Below are positions 19,463-28,391 of a stretch of DNA of 64,000 bases, piece by piece. The notes under the pieces were generated by a model. The model was not told where the DNA came from. It did no database searches and saw nothing but the letters and a program-made list of their open reading frames with translations. Made by a program: the position numbers and the translations under genes. Numbering within the stretch: position 1 is the first letter of the stretch; every line of letters begins with the position of its first letter. Source of the stretch: an uncultured virus (IMG/VR IMGVR_UViG_3300043411_001904) (taxonomy: Duplodnaviria > Heunggongvirae > Uroviricota > Caudoviricetes). The DNA lies in IMG/VR virus record IMGVR_UViG_3300043411_001904; one strand, written 5' to 3'.

Positions 19463-20281
19463 TTACAAAAGATTAATATCGATACCATGTGTATCATACC
19501 ACCACTCAGGTGATTTGCCCAAGTGCTTATTTTTTAACTTATTATATCTCTCAAGTATCTTACTTTGTCTTTTTACTTCATCATGATAAAATTCGTGATC
19601 AACAATAATATCATTCTTAAAGCACTCTCGAAGCAATTTTCTTAAAATATATCCATGTTTCAAGTTACCCGGAACAAACCCGGATTGTATTATTTTCAAA
19701 ACAGAATCTCTAAGAATATCCTCTTTGGTTCTAACTATCCCATGAAACATTTCTAACCTTTCAAGACCAAATCCAACATCAATTGATTGACCTAGCGGAT
19801 TAACAATATTCCCAATTTCAATACCATTCTTATAGAACTCAGTGCAATATCCACCAATATCACCATCCGACCAAATACACTCAGGATCCAATCTAACATC
19901 ACAATTTGGATAAAGATCAATCCAATCTTTTTTATCAGGATGAATAGTAAAATAATCAGGAATAACATCAATTGATTTCAAAAAATCCAACCAAAAATCC
20001 ACAGTCCACTGAATACTTTTCTCCTTGAAAGAAAAAAGACCCATCATATTGAAGTATAAGAAATGTGTTCCATCACCAATTTGATCAAAATCATTTAATC
20101 GAAGACATGGCTGAATATTTCCAATAGTTGATTCATCCGGATTCTTGAATTTTGATTTAAACTGCTGCATCCCAGCAGGACAAAAAAGGGTCGTATCATC
20201 ATACGACCCAATAGATAGGTTTTCCTGAAATGGTATTCCATTCAAGACGCAAAATTCTTTATATTTTTGAGATATATTCAT
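19463..20281 (-). CDS. Alanyl-tRNA synthetase N-terminal catalytic domain only (272 aa)
   Basis: DDTTLFCPAGMQQFK, QPCLR, GDGTH..F.MMG.FSF, GYCTEF, EIGNIV, IDVGFGLERL, GYILRKLLR. Confidence 0.85.
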   Translation of the reverse strand: MNISQKYKEFCVLNGIPFQENLSIGSYDDTTLFCPAGMQQFKSKFKNPDESTIGNIQPCLRLNDFDQIGDGTHFLYFNMMGLFSFKEKSIQWTVDFWLDFLKSIDVIPDYFTIHPDKKDWIDLYPNCDVRLDPECIWSDGDIGGYCTEFYKNGIEIGNIVNPLGQSIDVGFGLERLEMFHGIVRTKEDILRDSVLKIIQSGFVPGNLKHGYILRKLLRECFKNDIIVDHEFYHDEVKRQSKILERYNKLKNKHLGKSPEWWYDTHGIDINLL

Positions 20282-20354
20282 GGAGCGAAAGAGGAGAATC
20301 GAACTCCCATCTAAGCCTTGGCAAGGCCTTATAATACCACTATACGACTTTCGC
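20281..20354 (-). tRNA. tRNA-Gly(GCC) with encoded CCA
   Basis: GCGAAAG/CTTTCGC-TCCA; AGGCC-TTGCCAA-GGCTT. Confidence 0.92.
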
Positions 20355-20356
20355 AA

Positions 20357-20497
20357 AAGATAGAGAAAATTGATCAGTGAGTTTTTTTCTGTGCTACCAT
20401 TACACTACATCGGCATAAAAACTTGAGCCGACGCCGGGATTCGAACCCGGTCTAGTCATTTGAAATATGAAGTAACACTAATCTTCACTACTATCTT
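20357..20497 (-). ncRNA. YrlA/Y-RNA-like permuted tRNA mimic, copy 2
   Basis: AAGATAG/CTATCTT ends; GATTAGTG/CACTGATC stem; CCGGG-TTCGAAT-CCCGG; GTCGGC/GCCGAT hairpin; same D arm as copy 1. Confidence 0.75.
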
Positions 20498-20498
20498 G

Positions 20499-20571
20499 TA
20501 GTCTCAACCGGTGACGATCCGGCTTCTTCGCCTTGAGAAAGCGATGTCCTACCAACGTAGACGATGAGACC
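20499..20571 (-). tRNA. tRNA-Glu(CUC)
   Basis: TCGCT-TTCTCAA-GGCGA; D arm GTCT/GGAC typical of Glu; T loop ATCGTCA. Confidence 0.8.
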
Positions 20572-20596
20572 ATTTTAAATACATAATATATACATT

Positions 20597-20980
20597 GTGA
20601 AACACATTAAACTATTTGAAAAGTATCAAGATCATCCTATTCTAGATTTCTTTAATGACATCATAGATGATTATAAAATTGAAGTAACTGAACAGAATCC
20701 TAGAACTGAAGTCCATATACAAAATATACCAAAATACAAACCAATATTAAATGATGATTTGAAAAATATTATTTCAATTCTTAAACAATATCGGCCATCA
20801 CAAAGCAGACATGACGGATGGGGAGATCGAAAAAGACCAATTGTTGATTCCTACTTAAGAGATCTACCATTTATAAAAAGAATCGAAGATACTTCAGGAT
20901 ATTCATTGATCGACTTTTCAACAACTGGATTTTTTGATTATAGAGAAAATTATGGATTATGGTTAATATTCATTAAATAA
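20597..20980 (+). CDS. Hypothetical protein with MKHIKLFE motif
   Basis: GTG start after TAATATATA. Confidence 0.55.
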   Translation: MKHIKLFEKYQDHPILDFFNDIIDDYKIEVTEQNPRTEVHIQNIPKYKPILNDDLKNIISILKQYRPSQSRHDGWGDRKRPIVDSYLRDLPFIKRIEDTSGYSLIDFSTTGFFDYRENYGLWLIFIK

Positions 20981-21029
20981 ACAAACGTGGACTTAAAGGA
21001 TTAAGACTGACTTTTATGAAATTTCAAAA

Positions 21030-21326
21030 CTAATATCCACCTCTTGAATTTATAAATTCATCATCTTTAATTGCGTCTTTTATATAATCAAGAGCACTAT
21101 CCAAAGTAAAAACACTATATAAGTAATTTTCCACAGGACCAACAAATCCAGTCATTTGCTTAAGATTATTGTTGGTATTTTCACATTCTTTTTCAGCATC
21201 AGCCTTATCTAAGTAAACATGATACCCAAATTCTGTATCTCTTCGTCTGTATATAACCCAAACATTCGAAATTGATAGTCCATTTGGACTAGATTCAGAT
21301 GATTCAAAAGTTTTAAGATGTTTCAT
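21030..21326 (-). CDS. Hypothetical protein with MKHLKTFES motif
   Basis: 98 aa ORF. Confidence 0.55.
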   Translation of the reverse strand: MKHLKTFESSESSPNGLSISNVWVIYRRRDTEFGYHVYLDKADAEKECENTNNNLKQMTGFVGPVENYLYSVFTLDSALDYIKDAIKDDEFINSRGGY

Positions 21327-21993
21327 TTGTTATATATAAGCTCAGCGAAGTAAAAAATTTACTTTTTAAGTAATTTTTCTAATTGGTCTATCCACTCTAG
21401 ACTAGCTTCTCGATTAAGATATACTTCCATTTTATCCTCATCTTTAACTTCAAAATCATACAGTTCCTTAACCACAACATACCAACCATCAGTAAAATTT
21501 TCACTTATATCCAACTCGATATCATCATTTATCCTTTTAGTGAAGGTAGGATTAAGAATACATTTTTTTTCTCCACCATCTAGAGTATATTCTGTCCAAT
21601 TAATTCTATTCTCATTAACTGACCAACCCCTATCGATCATATTATCAAATTTAGTTCGATCAATTTCATACCCAACTTGAATATGTTTATCCAATTTCTG
21701 AAACTCTTGATCCTTGCGTGTTTGTAAGTCTGTTGTGTTATTCATAATATAAATATATTAAAATTTTTTATAATCCAAATTGGTCTAGTGTGGATCATTC
21801 GACAATATCTGATCTATTTTTAAACATCTTTTAGCACCGATCAATTGTTCTTCATAATAATTAAAAGATATTGAACTATTTTGATCACAGACATGACATA
21901 CAAATTTCATGTAAATGAAATGACAATTCCAATCATAGATCCTAATATATTTATGATAACATTTATCACAGATCATACTGTTATATATAGATG

Positions 21994-22069
21994 TGGACAC
22001 AGGGGGAATCGAACCCACTATTTTAGACAATCATTGCAAGTGATTGTGCCTGCCTTCGGCTTCTGGCCC
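21994..22069 (-). tRNA. tRNA-Ala(UGC), irregular acceptor stem
   Basis: AATCA-CTTGCAA-TGATT; G3:U70 and A73 retained; TTCGATT T loop. Confidence 0.7.
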
Positions 22070-22085
22070 ATTTAATAATTCAAAA

Positions 22086-23105
22086 CTAGAATTCTGATCC
22101 GTACTTTTCATACATTTTTATCCATTTCCTAACACAAGAATCAGATACTTCATATTTTCTTCCTGTTCCTCTATATCCATATATTTTAATATCTTCCAAT
22201 AAAGTATTTAGATCAGGTCTGCTAACTCTTCTTTGAGATAAGCTGTATTGATATGTCTTCTTTGTTATAGAGTGTTGAAACGGCTCATATTCTATATTCA
22301 ATTTTAACTTTCTATTCGATTTTTTTTCGCTGGAAGGCCTTTTTGTCCGTCCCCGTTTTTTTATAAATATTTCTGATTTAGATATTTTTTTATATCGATG
22401 GTAAGAATATACTCCAAATTTTGGATCTCCTGTATTCAGAAAAGATCTAAGTATTTCGATACAATCATCCATTTCAAATTGAATTTTGGAAGCTGAAAAT
22501 CTCAAAACTACCCATCCATTCGAAATCAATAAATCATCTTTCTTTTTATCAGATTCAATCCTATCCAAATTAGAATGTTGAGATCCATCAATTTCCACAG
22601 CAATTTTATTTAATTCAAAAGAGAAATCTATAAAATATGGGAAAAACGACCTTTCTCGAACTATCAAATATTTCTTATCCCAACCAATATCTATTATTTT
22701 AGACAGAAAAATCTTCTCTGGATAGGAAATATTGGATTGTCTCCAAGCTGTCTTTTCAGGATTTTCTTTCATAAACTTTAATCTTCGATCTCGAATTTTT
22801 TGTTTAGTTTCTTCACTGTGAAAAAATTTAAACTTAGTTCTACCCAATTTTACGGCCTCAGAAAAAGATCTTTTAATTCCAGCATTATTTAATATCCTAT
22901 TCAAAATATGTTTAGACCTCAAACCATACTTAGTATATATTTCAGTAAAATTACTTCCTAGTCTATATTCAGTTATTATTGAATTTATAATTTCTTTAGT
23001 CAAAACACAAGACTTCTCATGTCCTCTCAAAGACCCCACATTCCCAAAACTCAATTCGCATTTTTTACATATCATATGATATATATTAAGAGTTTGATCT
23101 CTCAT
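22086..23105 (-). CDS. DUF559/Vsr-like endonuclease (homing-endonuclease-like) with C-terminal HTH
   Basis: SYPEK, YFIDF, IAVEIDGSQH, SDKKKDDLL..GWVVLRF; HSEETKQKI; start may be 23075. Confidence 0.75.
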   Translation of the reverse strand: MRDQTLNIYHMICKKCELSFGNVGSLRGHEKSCVLTKEIINSIITEYRLGSNFTEIYTKYGLRSKHILNRILNNAGIKRSFSEAVKLGRTKFKFFHSEETKQKIRDRRLKFMKENPEKTAWRQSNISYPEKIFLSKIIDIGWDKKYLIVRERSFFPYFIDFSFELNKIAVEIDGSQHSNLDRIESDKKKDDLLISNGWVVLRFSASKIQFEMDDCIEILRSFLNTGDPKFGVYSYHRYKKISKSEIFIKKRGRTKRPSSEKKSNRKLKLNIEYEPFQHSITKKTYQYSLSQRRVSRPDLNTLLEDIKIYGYRGTGRKYEVSDSCVRKWIKMYEKYGSEF

Positions 23106-23114
23106 TCAAAATTG

Positions 23115-23188
23115 TAGCCCTGAGCGGTGACGATCCGCCTTTTTTGCCTTGAAAGGGCAACGTCCTAACCAGCGTAGACGACAGGGCC
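23115..23188 (-). tRNA. tRNA-Glu(UUC)
   Basis: TTGCC-CTTTCAA-GGCAA; GGCCCTG/CAGGGCT. Confidence 0.85.
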
Positions 23189-23207
23189 ATAATAATACTA
23201 ATAATTG

Positions 23208-23279
23208 TGCAGTAGACCGGATTCGAACCGACACCCTGAGCTTGGAAGGCTCTCATGCTACCATTAACACCACTTCTGC
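23208..23279 (-). tRNA. tRNA-Gly(UCC)
   Basis: GAGC-CTTCCAA-GCTC; GTCGG-TTCGAAT-CCGGT. Confidence 0.85.
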
Positions 23280-23282
23280 ATT

Positions 23283-23407
23283 TGAATTTGATATTTAGAA
23301 TTGATCAGTTGGCTCCTTGATTATGCGCAAGGCCGCGATCCATGCCTACATTCTAATTAAACACTCCCACACTGATCTTAAGCTAGGTATGTTCCATATC
23401 AAATTCA
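23283..23407 (-). ncRNA. Unidentified structured RNA inside the tRNA operon
   Basis: Perfect 12-bp terminal stem TGAATTTGATAT/ATATCAAATTCA; inner GATCAGT/ACTGATC; GGC.CTTG/CAAG..GCC hairpin. Confidence 0.6.
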
Positions 23408-23410
23408 TTG

Positions 23411-23490
23411 TTGGCGAGGTGGGATTTGAACCCACGTTTTCAACAACCACTACAGTTCTAGTGTTTATAAGACACCGCTGGTACACGCCA
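23411..23490 (-). tRNA. tRNA-Ile(UAU)-like lacking a canonical D arm
   Basis: TGGCGTG/CTCGCCA; GGTGT-CTTATAA-ACACT; GTGGG-TTCAAAT-CCCAC; 7 nt between acceptor and anticodon stems; 24-nt variable region. Confidence 0.7.
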
Positions 23491-23495
23491 ATATG

Positions 23496-23590
23496 TTGGG
23501 GGAGTGAGACTCGAACTCACCTACTGGAAAGGCCAATACATCAATTTGATAACCCAGGACAGTTTTACAGACTGTTGATGTTATCCCCCA
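23496..23590 (-). tRNA. tRNA-Tyr(GUA)-like lacking a canonical D arm
   Basis: TGGGGGA/TCCCCCA, A73; ACAGT-CTGTAAA-ACTGT; GTGAG-TTCGAGT-CTCAC; very long variable region. Confidence 0.7.
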
Positions 23591-23640
23591 TTTTTATCTC
23601 AATATTTCAAAGAAATCTTTCTCACTTTCTCACTTTCTTA

Positions 23641-23683
23641 AAACGAAAAAACCCTGTCTGATTTTTCCAATCGGACAGGGTTT
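23641..23683 (-). terminator. Intrinsic terminator (attenuator) upstream of the Tyr/Ile/Gly/Glu/Ala tRNA cluster
   Basis: AAACCCTGTCCGATT-GGAAA-AATCAGACAGGGTTT then TTTCGTTT. Confidence 0.85.
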
Positions 23684-23701
23684 CTGTGTTTTCAATTCGT
23701 G

Positions 23702-23794
23702 TTAACACATACTTCGTCCGATCGATGAGGCTCCCTCATACGCATAGCCTGCTTCTGCTATTCCGACGATTGATATGTAGTTAACGTTTTTCAT
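23702..23794 (-). CDS. Leader peptide MKNVNYISIVGIAEAGYAYEGASSIGRSMC
   Basis: 30-codon ORF; 17 of residues 6-26 are Y/I/G/A/E; ATCGGAC complementary to the terminator 5' arm. Confidence 0.8.
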   Translation of the reverse strand: MKNVNYISIVGIAEAGYAYEGASSIGRSMC

Positions 23795-23798
23795 ATTA

Positions 23799-23830
23799 CA
23801 AATGTATATATAATTTTCTATTATACCAAA
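23799..23830 (-). promoter_or_regulatory. Bacteroidota sigma70-type promoter for leader 3
   Basis: TTTG-N20-TACATTTG, 4 nt before the ATG. Confidence 0.7.
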
Positions 23831-23848
23831 TTTATTTTTATTCTTTTG

Positions 23849-23929
23849 TAGCGGGGGGAGGATTTGAACCTCCGTCTTTCATTTCTCGAGTTTATGAGAC
23901 TCGCGACCTTACCACTAGTCCACCCCGCA
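23849..23929 (-). tRNA. tRNA-Met(CAU), possibly initiator
   Basis: CGAGT-CTCATAA-ACTCG; 1:72 mismatch (U/U); GGAGG-TTCAAAT-CCTCC. Confidence 0.8.
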
Positions 23930-23981
23930 ATATTTTCTATATATTAACTTTTAATTGTCCCTTTTAATTTTTATTCTATTA

Positions 23982-24012
23982 CAAATATAATAAAAGTTTT
24001 CTATCCTACAAA
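23982..24012 (-). promoter_or_regulatory. Bacteroidota sigma70-type promoter
   Basis: TTTG-N19-TATATTTG; spacer similar to the promoter at 10906-10938. Confidence 0.7.
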
Positions 24013-24907
24013 ATTATTTATTTAGTTTCAATTTTCCATGATAAACACCATAATGAGTAAAATCAGCACAATCCAAATTGTAATGATATTCTCCACACTC
24101 TTCATCCCATTCAGGATCTCTAGTGTAACACACATCACCATCATACAATACTTCAGTTCCATCCTCAAATGGATCAATTCTAGTATCAATACTGAATTCA
24201 TTATATTCTTTAATATGGGTCAATTTTGCCTTCGCCAAGAATTTCTCACCATCTAACTTCTTAGATGAAGGTTCGGTAAATCTTCCTTTTTTCGGAGACT
24301 CAGCTAAAGACTTTTCTGAAGATAGTTTTTTATTACGAGCCTTTCTTGATGTAACATGACCTTGTTTCTTCATATCCTTAGATAATTTCTGATCCATTTT
24401 AATTCTTAATTTTCTTATATATTAAGAATTAAAAGTCAATAGTCGTAACTTATAATCTCTCTCGCACCATTTTTTGGCATCGTCGATATTCATTTTCGAT
24501 TTACTAACAACAACACCACCCATAAAAATAGTTATTGATATTTGGCCTGACTCACCATGCCAAGGAACAATTATATAAGTTGTAGACTCTCCATCTACAA
24601 CAAGTCGATGTTCAGATCCATATTGAGAACGACTAACCCTCTTTTCCCAAATTATCTCCATTTATTATATCTATTTTAATTTCTCTCTCACAGAAAGAAA
24701 CAACATCCTCGTGAGTATCAAAGTGTGCAATAAATTTATCAGAAGAATCATAAACAACATATCCAGATTTCAAATGTCCTTTCTCTTCATACAAAGTATA
24801 TTTTGATCTATAAACAAGAGTATCTAAATAAAAACATCGATGTTCCGAAGATCCAAATGGATTTTCCCTAGTATTTGTTGGCGAAAAATTAAATTTCTTC
24901 CAAGTTA

Positions 24908-25366
24908 TCATTTATAGATGATTCTTCTATAGCTATCAACTAATGCCTTTTGCTTTTCAACACAAGAATCAATTTTTTTAGATTTCTCAATTATAACATC
25001 CTCACCAACCTTTCGATCCCTCTCAGAGTTTCTCTTCAAACAAACATCAAGAGGTGTATCCATATGAATAACTTCAACCCAGTATCCTTTGGATTTAAGC
25101 ATATTAATTATTCTAATTGAGTAATTGTTATTTACTCCACCCGAATCCATACAAATATCAATTCCAGAATCTGAAATCCTATTCATCTCTAGTTCTGCTT
25201 CTTCCACACTCCAATCATGGACTATATGTGGACACTTCGGATTCCAGTTTGGATGAGTTGTTTTTATGTGGTCAGCATCAACAATATGATATCCCCGAAT
25301 ATGGTTCGAGATAAATGTACTCTTACCTGATCCTGGCAAACCAATAAACAATCTTGCTTTTTTCAA
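24908..25366 (-). CDS. AAA_33/polynucleotide-kinase-like P-loop protein
   Basis: GLPGSGKST; TPLDVCLKRN..R.R. Confidence 0.8.
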   Translation of the reverse strand: MKKARLFIGLPGSGKSTFISNHIRGYHIVDADHIKTTHPNWNPKCPHIVHDWSVEEAELEMNRISDSGIDICMDSGGVNNNYSIRIINMLKSKGYWVEVIHMDTPLDVCLKRNSERDRKVGEDVIIEKSKKIDSCVEKQKALVDSYRRIIYK

Positions 25367-25880
25367 TTTTGAAAATTTATCAAATATACAAAATATTTTA
25401 ACTAGTCAACAAATTTAATTTAATCCATTTCTCTGCCCATTTTTTAGCCACCTCACATGACGAAAAATGATCATTTTTATATTCAATAGTATTCGTCTTG
25501 AAATCATAAATAATTAAGTATGTTCTTTGACCATCATCATAGGAATCAACTCGAATATAATAATCCTTAAATCGAATATAGTAACATGTGGTATCATATT
25601 CTATAACATAATTCGATTCCCAATTAAATTCCATTAATTAAATCAATTTTAACCCTTCTTAATTCAGAAATTGGGACTGACATAAACTTTTGACCAATTG
25701 AGCAAATCGAACAAAAATCATCAAGACTATATGAAAAATTCATATATTTTCTAACAGAGTATCTTCCTAGACAATCAGAACACACACCAACATATTTCTC
25801 GTGAATAGGTTCCACATTTGAGGCGGGATTAATATATGGTCTGAGAGGCATAAATTTAATATTGAAGAATAGTAAATAGT

Positions 25881-26537
25881 TTAATACTCATTTCTCTCTT
25901 CCTCTTGGTCTATTTCATTAAGCCAATCTTCCATTTTCATCTTATCCCATAGATCACCCAACTCATCATCTGACATAGAATCCAAATCTGATTTATCAAA
26001 ATCTGTAGAAGATAATAGAATTTCTATAAGACCATCTCTAGTCATGTCATCATCCAAATAATCATCATCCATCCCCGAATCCAATTCGTCATCAATAAGT
26101 GGACGATCAGATCTAATTGGTCTATCAAAGTCTTCATCATCGGACAATCTATCAACATCCAATGGTCTATCAGTTCGAATACCAAATTCATCTAATTGAT
26201 CATCAAATCCTTCATTCACTCCCTCCAATCCTGGACCCTTCGTCTTTATACCTGAACTCTTTCTGTAAATAAGATTTTTCTCTGGTCCTATACCCACACC
26301 ACTTGATCCTCCAAGTATATCACCACTTGCATAGTCATCCGACTTAGCATCGTTCCAAAAATTATCTAAATCAGCTTTATTGGGAACGTTTATAGCCTTC
26401 TTTCTAATCCACACGGGTAGGTATTTATCTAAAGAATCCTGAATATTTTTCATTCGACGATCAATTTTTTCAAGCTTGGTCAATCCAAATAATTCCTCAT
26501 TGATATTAAAATCCTTATACCTCCTAATTATAGACAT
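25881..26537 (-). CDS. Acidic hypothetical protein (possible virion internal protein)
   Basis: IRRYKDFNINE start; Asp-rich C-half with IRxDRPL repeat. Confidence 0.5.
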   Translation of the reverse strand: MSIIRRYKDFNINEELFGLTKLEKIDRRMKNIQDSLDKYLPVWIRKKAINVPNKADLDNFWNDAKSDDYASGDILGGSSGVGIGPEKNLIYRKSSGIKTKGPGLEGVNEGFDDQLDEFGIRTDRPLDVDRLSDDEDFDRPIRSDRPLIDDELDSGMDDDYLDDDMTRDGLIEILLSSTDFDKSDLDSMSDDELGDLWDKMKMEDWLNEIDQEEERNEY

Positions 26538-26601
26538 ATTATTATATCATATTTTTGTTATATATTAAAAATTACTGATCAATTTTAACAATATATATTA
26601 A

Positions 26602-27021
26602 GTGAGGTATCTCAAACTATTTGAATCATTTACTACGATTAAGTATGAATTTTCAATTGATAACGAAAAATATCAAGTTGAATTTAGGAAATTAGTCGAT
26701 ATGTGGGAGCTCTTATACTATGTTTGGGATAATGATAAGTGGTCTGTAACAAAATTGACATCTAAAGGAAATACACATAAAGTGGTTGATTTGGTATTTG
26801 GAAAATACCTTAACAAATTCATAGATGAAAATAACCCAAAAGAAATTCTCATCGAGGGACTACCAAAGGAAAAGGAAAAGGAGTATGTAAGTCAAAGAAC
26901 AAAATTGTATCTTAGATATTTAAGAAAAAATATACCGACCGGATGGGATCTGTCCCCAAAAGAAGAACCGAAAAACAACATAATAAAACTAAGATATATA
27001 GGAAATGAGGCCAGAAGTTAG
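26602..27021 (+). CDS. Hypothetical protein with MRYLKLFESF motif
   Basis: 139 aa ORF. Confidence 0.55.
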   Translation: MRYLKLFESFTTIKYEFSIDNEKYQVEFRKLVDMWELLYYVWDNDKWSVTKLTSKGNTHKVVDLVFGKYLNKFIDENNPKEILIEGLPKEKEKEYVSQRTKLYLRYLRKNIPTGWDLSPKEEPKNNIIKLRYIGNEARS

Positions 27022-27887
27022 AATAATTGACCACCAACAAGAAGAAATAAAACCCGCAGATATTTCACAGAGTGAGGCTGAGGCTCTACTGGCTAAATAT
27101 GGATATGGTCAATCAAATAACACCCAAATCATCAATAACCCACCAAAAAGCGAAGAAACATTCGAAGAGATGGTGAGAAGAGAAGAAGAGAAGAAGAGAA
27201 ATCACAATAGACCAATTATTCCCCAAAGAAATGATGGATACACATCTGAAACAAAATGGGGTAGTGATTCTGAAAGTGGTCTCAATTTCAAAATTGAAAT
27301 CGTGACGGACATGAAAATTCCCAAATGATTCAAAAATTTAACCAATTTGATGTAAATCTTTCCGGAGAGCTAGTCGATCTATTCATCGATCTAGAGTATG
27401 ATGATCACATAACAGGCATAAAGTGTTCCAATCTATCCAAATGTATCTTACAATCATGTAAATCAATCAATCAAGATCTATACATGACAATCAGAAGTGA
27501 TCACCAATACTTCTCACAATTAAGATCATATCTCTATAAGATTAATGACCAAGAATCAATTGATATACTAAATCACCTAAATGGATCAGTGAAAAAGATG
27601 AGATATATAGACCAAGATGGAATATTAACATGGAATCACATATCAATCCATACATCGTTTATAGAAAAAGTCAATAAACTACTCGAATATTCTAAAAAAA
27701 ATATACTTAGTAGAAATACAGTGGGATAAAAAATACTCAGACACAACTACTAAAAATTACCAAATTAAATTGGAAATTCTAAAAAGAAAAATAGAATACA
27801 TAGAGGAATTCAATTGGGAATCTATTAATGACATATCTGAGATAAGAGGGTCTGCATACTTCACTGATAATCTATTTCTATACAAAT

Positions 27888-28316
27888 CTATTTCTTAGAA
27901 AATAATTTAGCAAATGGTGTTGTAAAATAATCACCATAAGCTAATGTATCATCAATGTGTAGAGATATATTATTCTTTTTACAATAATCTCCCTTTACCC
28001 TATTCCAAACCTCATCCTTAAATCTTTTTTGAGATGTACCATCCAAAAATTTATGAACTCCATTTATTTCTTCCTCAGAAGACATTAAATAATCATAAAC
28101 AGAAAAAATATGGGTCCATTTAACTCCAGAGTCCTTAATAAGATTCATTAAGTTATCATCCAGCGATCCACCAGTTACTATATGTACTTCACCACCAGAA
28201 GAAACAATTGATTGTGTCAAAAAAGAAAAAAATTCTGGCAAATCATCTATGACACCATGAACATCAATACTGAGTTTGAAATTAGAAGTACTAACAGACT
28301 CTGAAAACTTTTTCAT
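27888..28316 (-). CDS. HAD-superfamily-like protein
   Basis: IDVHGVID, VHIVTG, K, LHIDD motifs. Confidence 0.65.
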   Translation of the reverse strand: MKKFSESVSTSNFKLSIDVHGVIDDLPEFFSFLTQSIVSSGGEVHIVTGGSLDDNLMNLIKDSGVKWTHIFSVYDYLMSSEEEINGVHKFLDGTSQKRFKDEVWNRVKGDYCKKNNISLHIDDTLAYGDYFTTPFAKLFSKK

Positions 28317-28391
28317 AAAAATATATATTAAATTAATGGACTTAGAAAAGCATCCACAATTTACAGATTTATCACATAACCAAATTGGAAT

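Noticed and set aside
20282..20356. First 25 codons of the AlaRS-like ORF
   Set aside because: They are the tRNA-Gly(GCC) sequence.
23618..23639. TTTCTCAC short tandem repeat
   Set aside because: Only about 2.5 units; no supportable function.
23317..23661. 114-aa plus-strand ORF
   Set aside because: Antisense to tRNA-like genes and a terminator.
8086..23830. T-box riboswitch explanation for the leader terminators
   Set aside because: No AGGGTGGNACCGCG T-box consensus or Stem I; translated uORFs explain the layout better.
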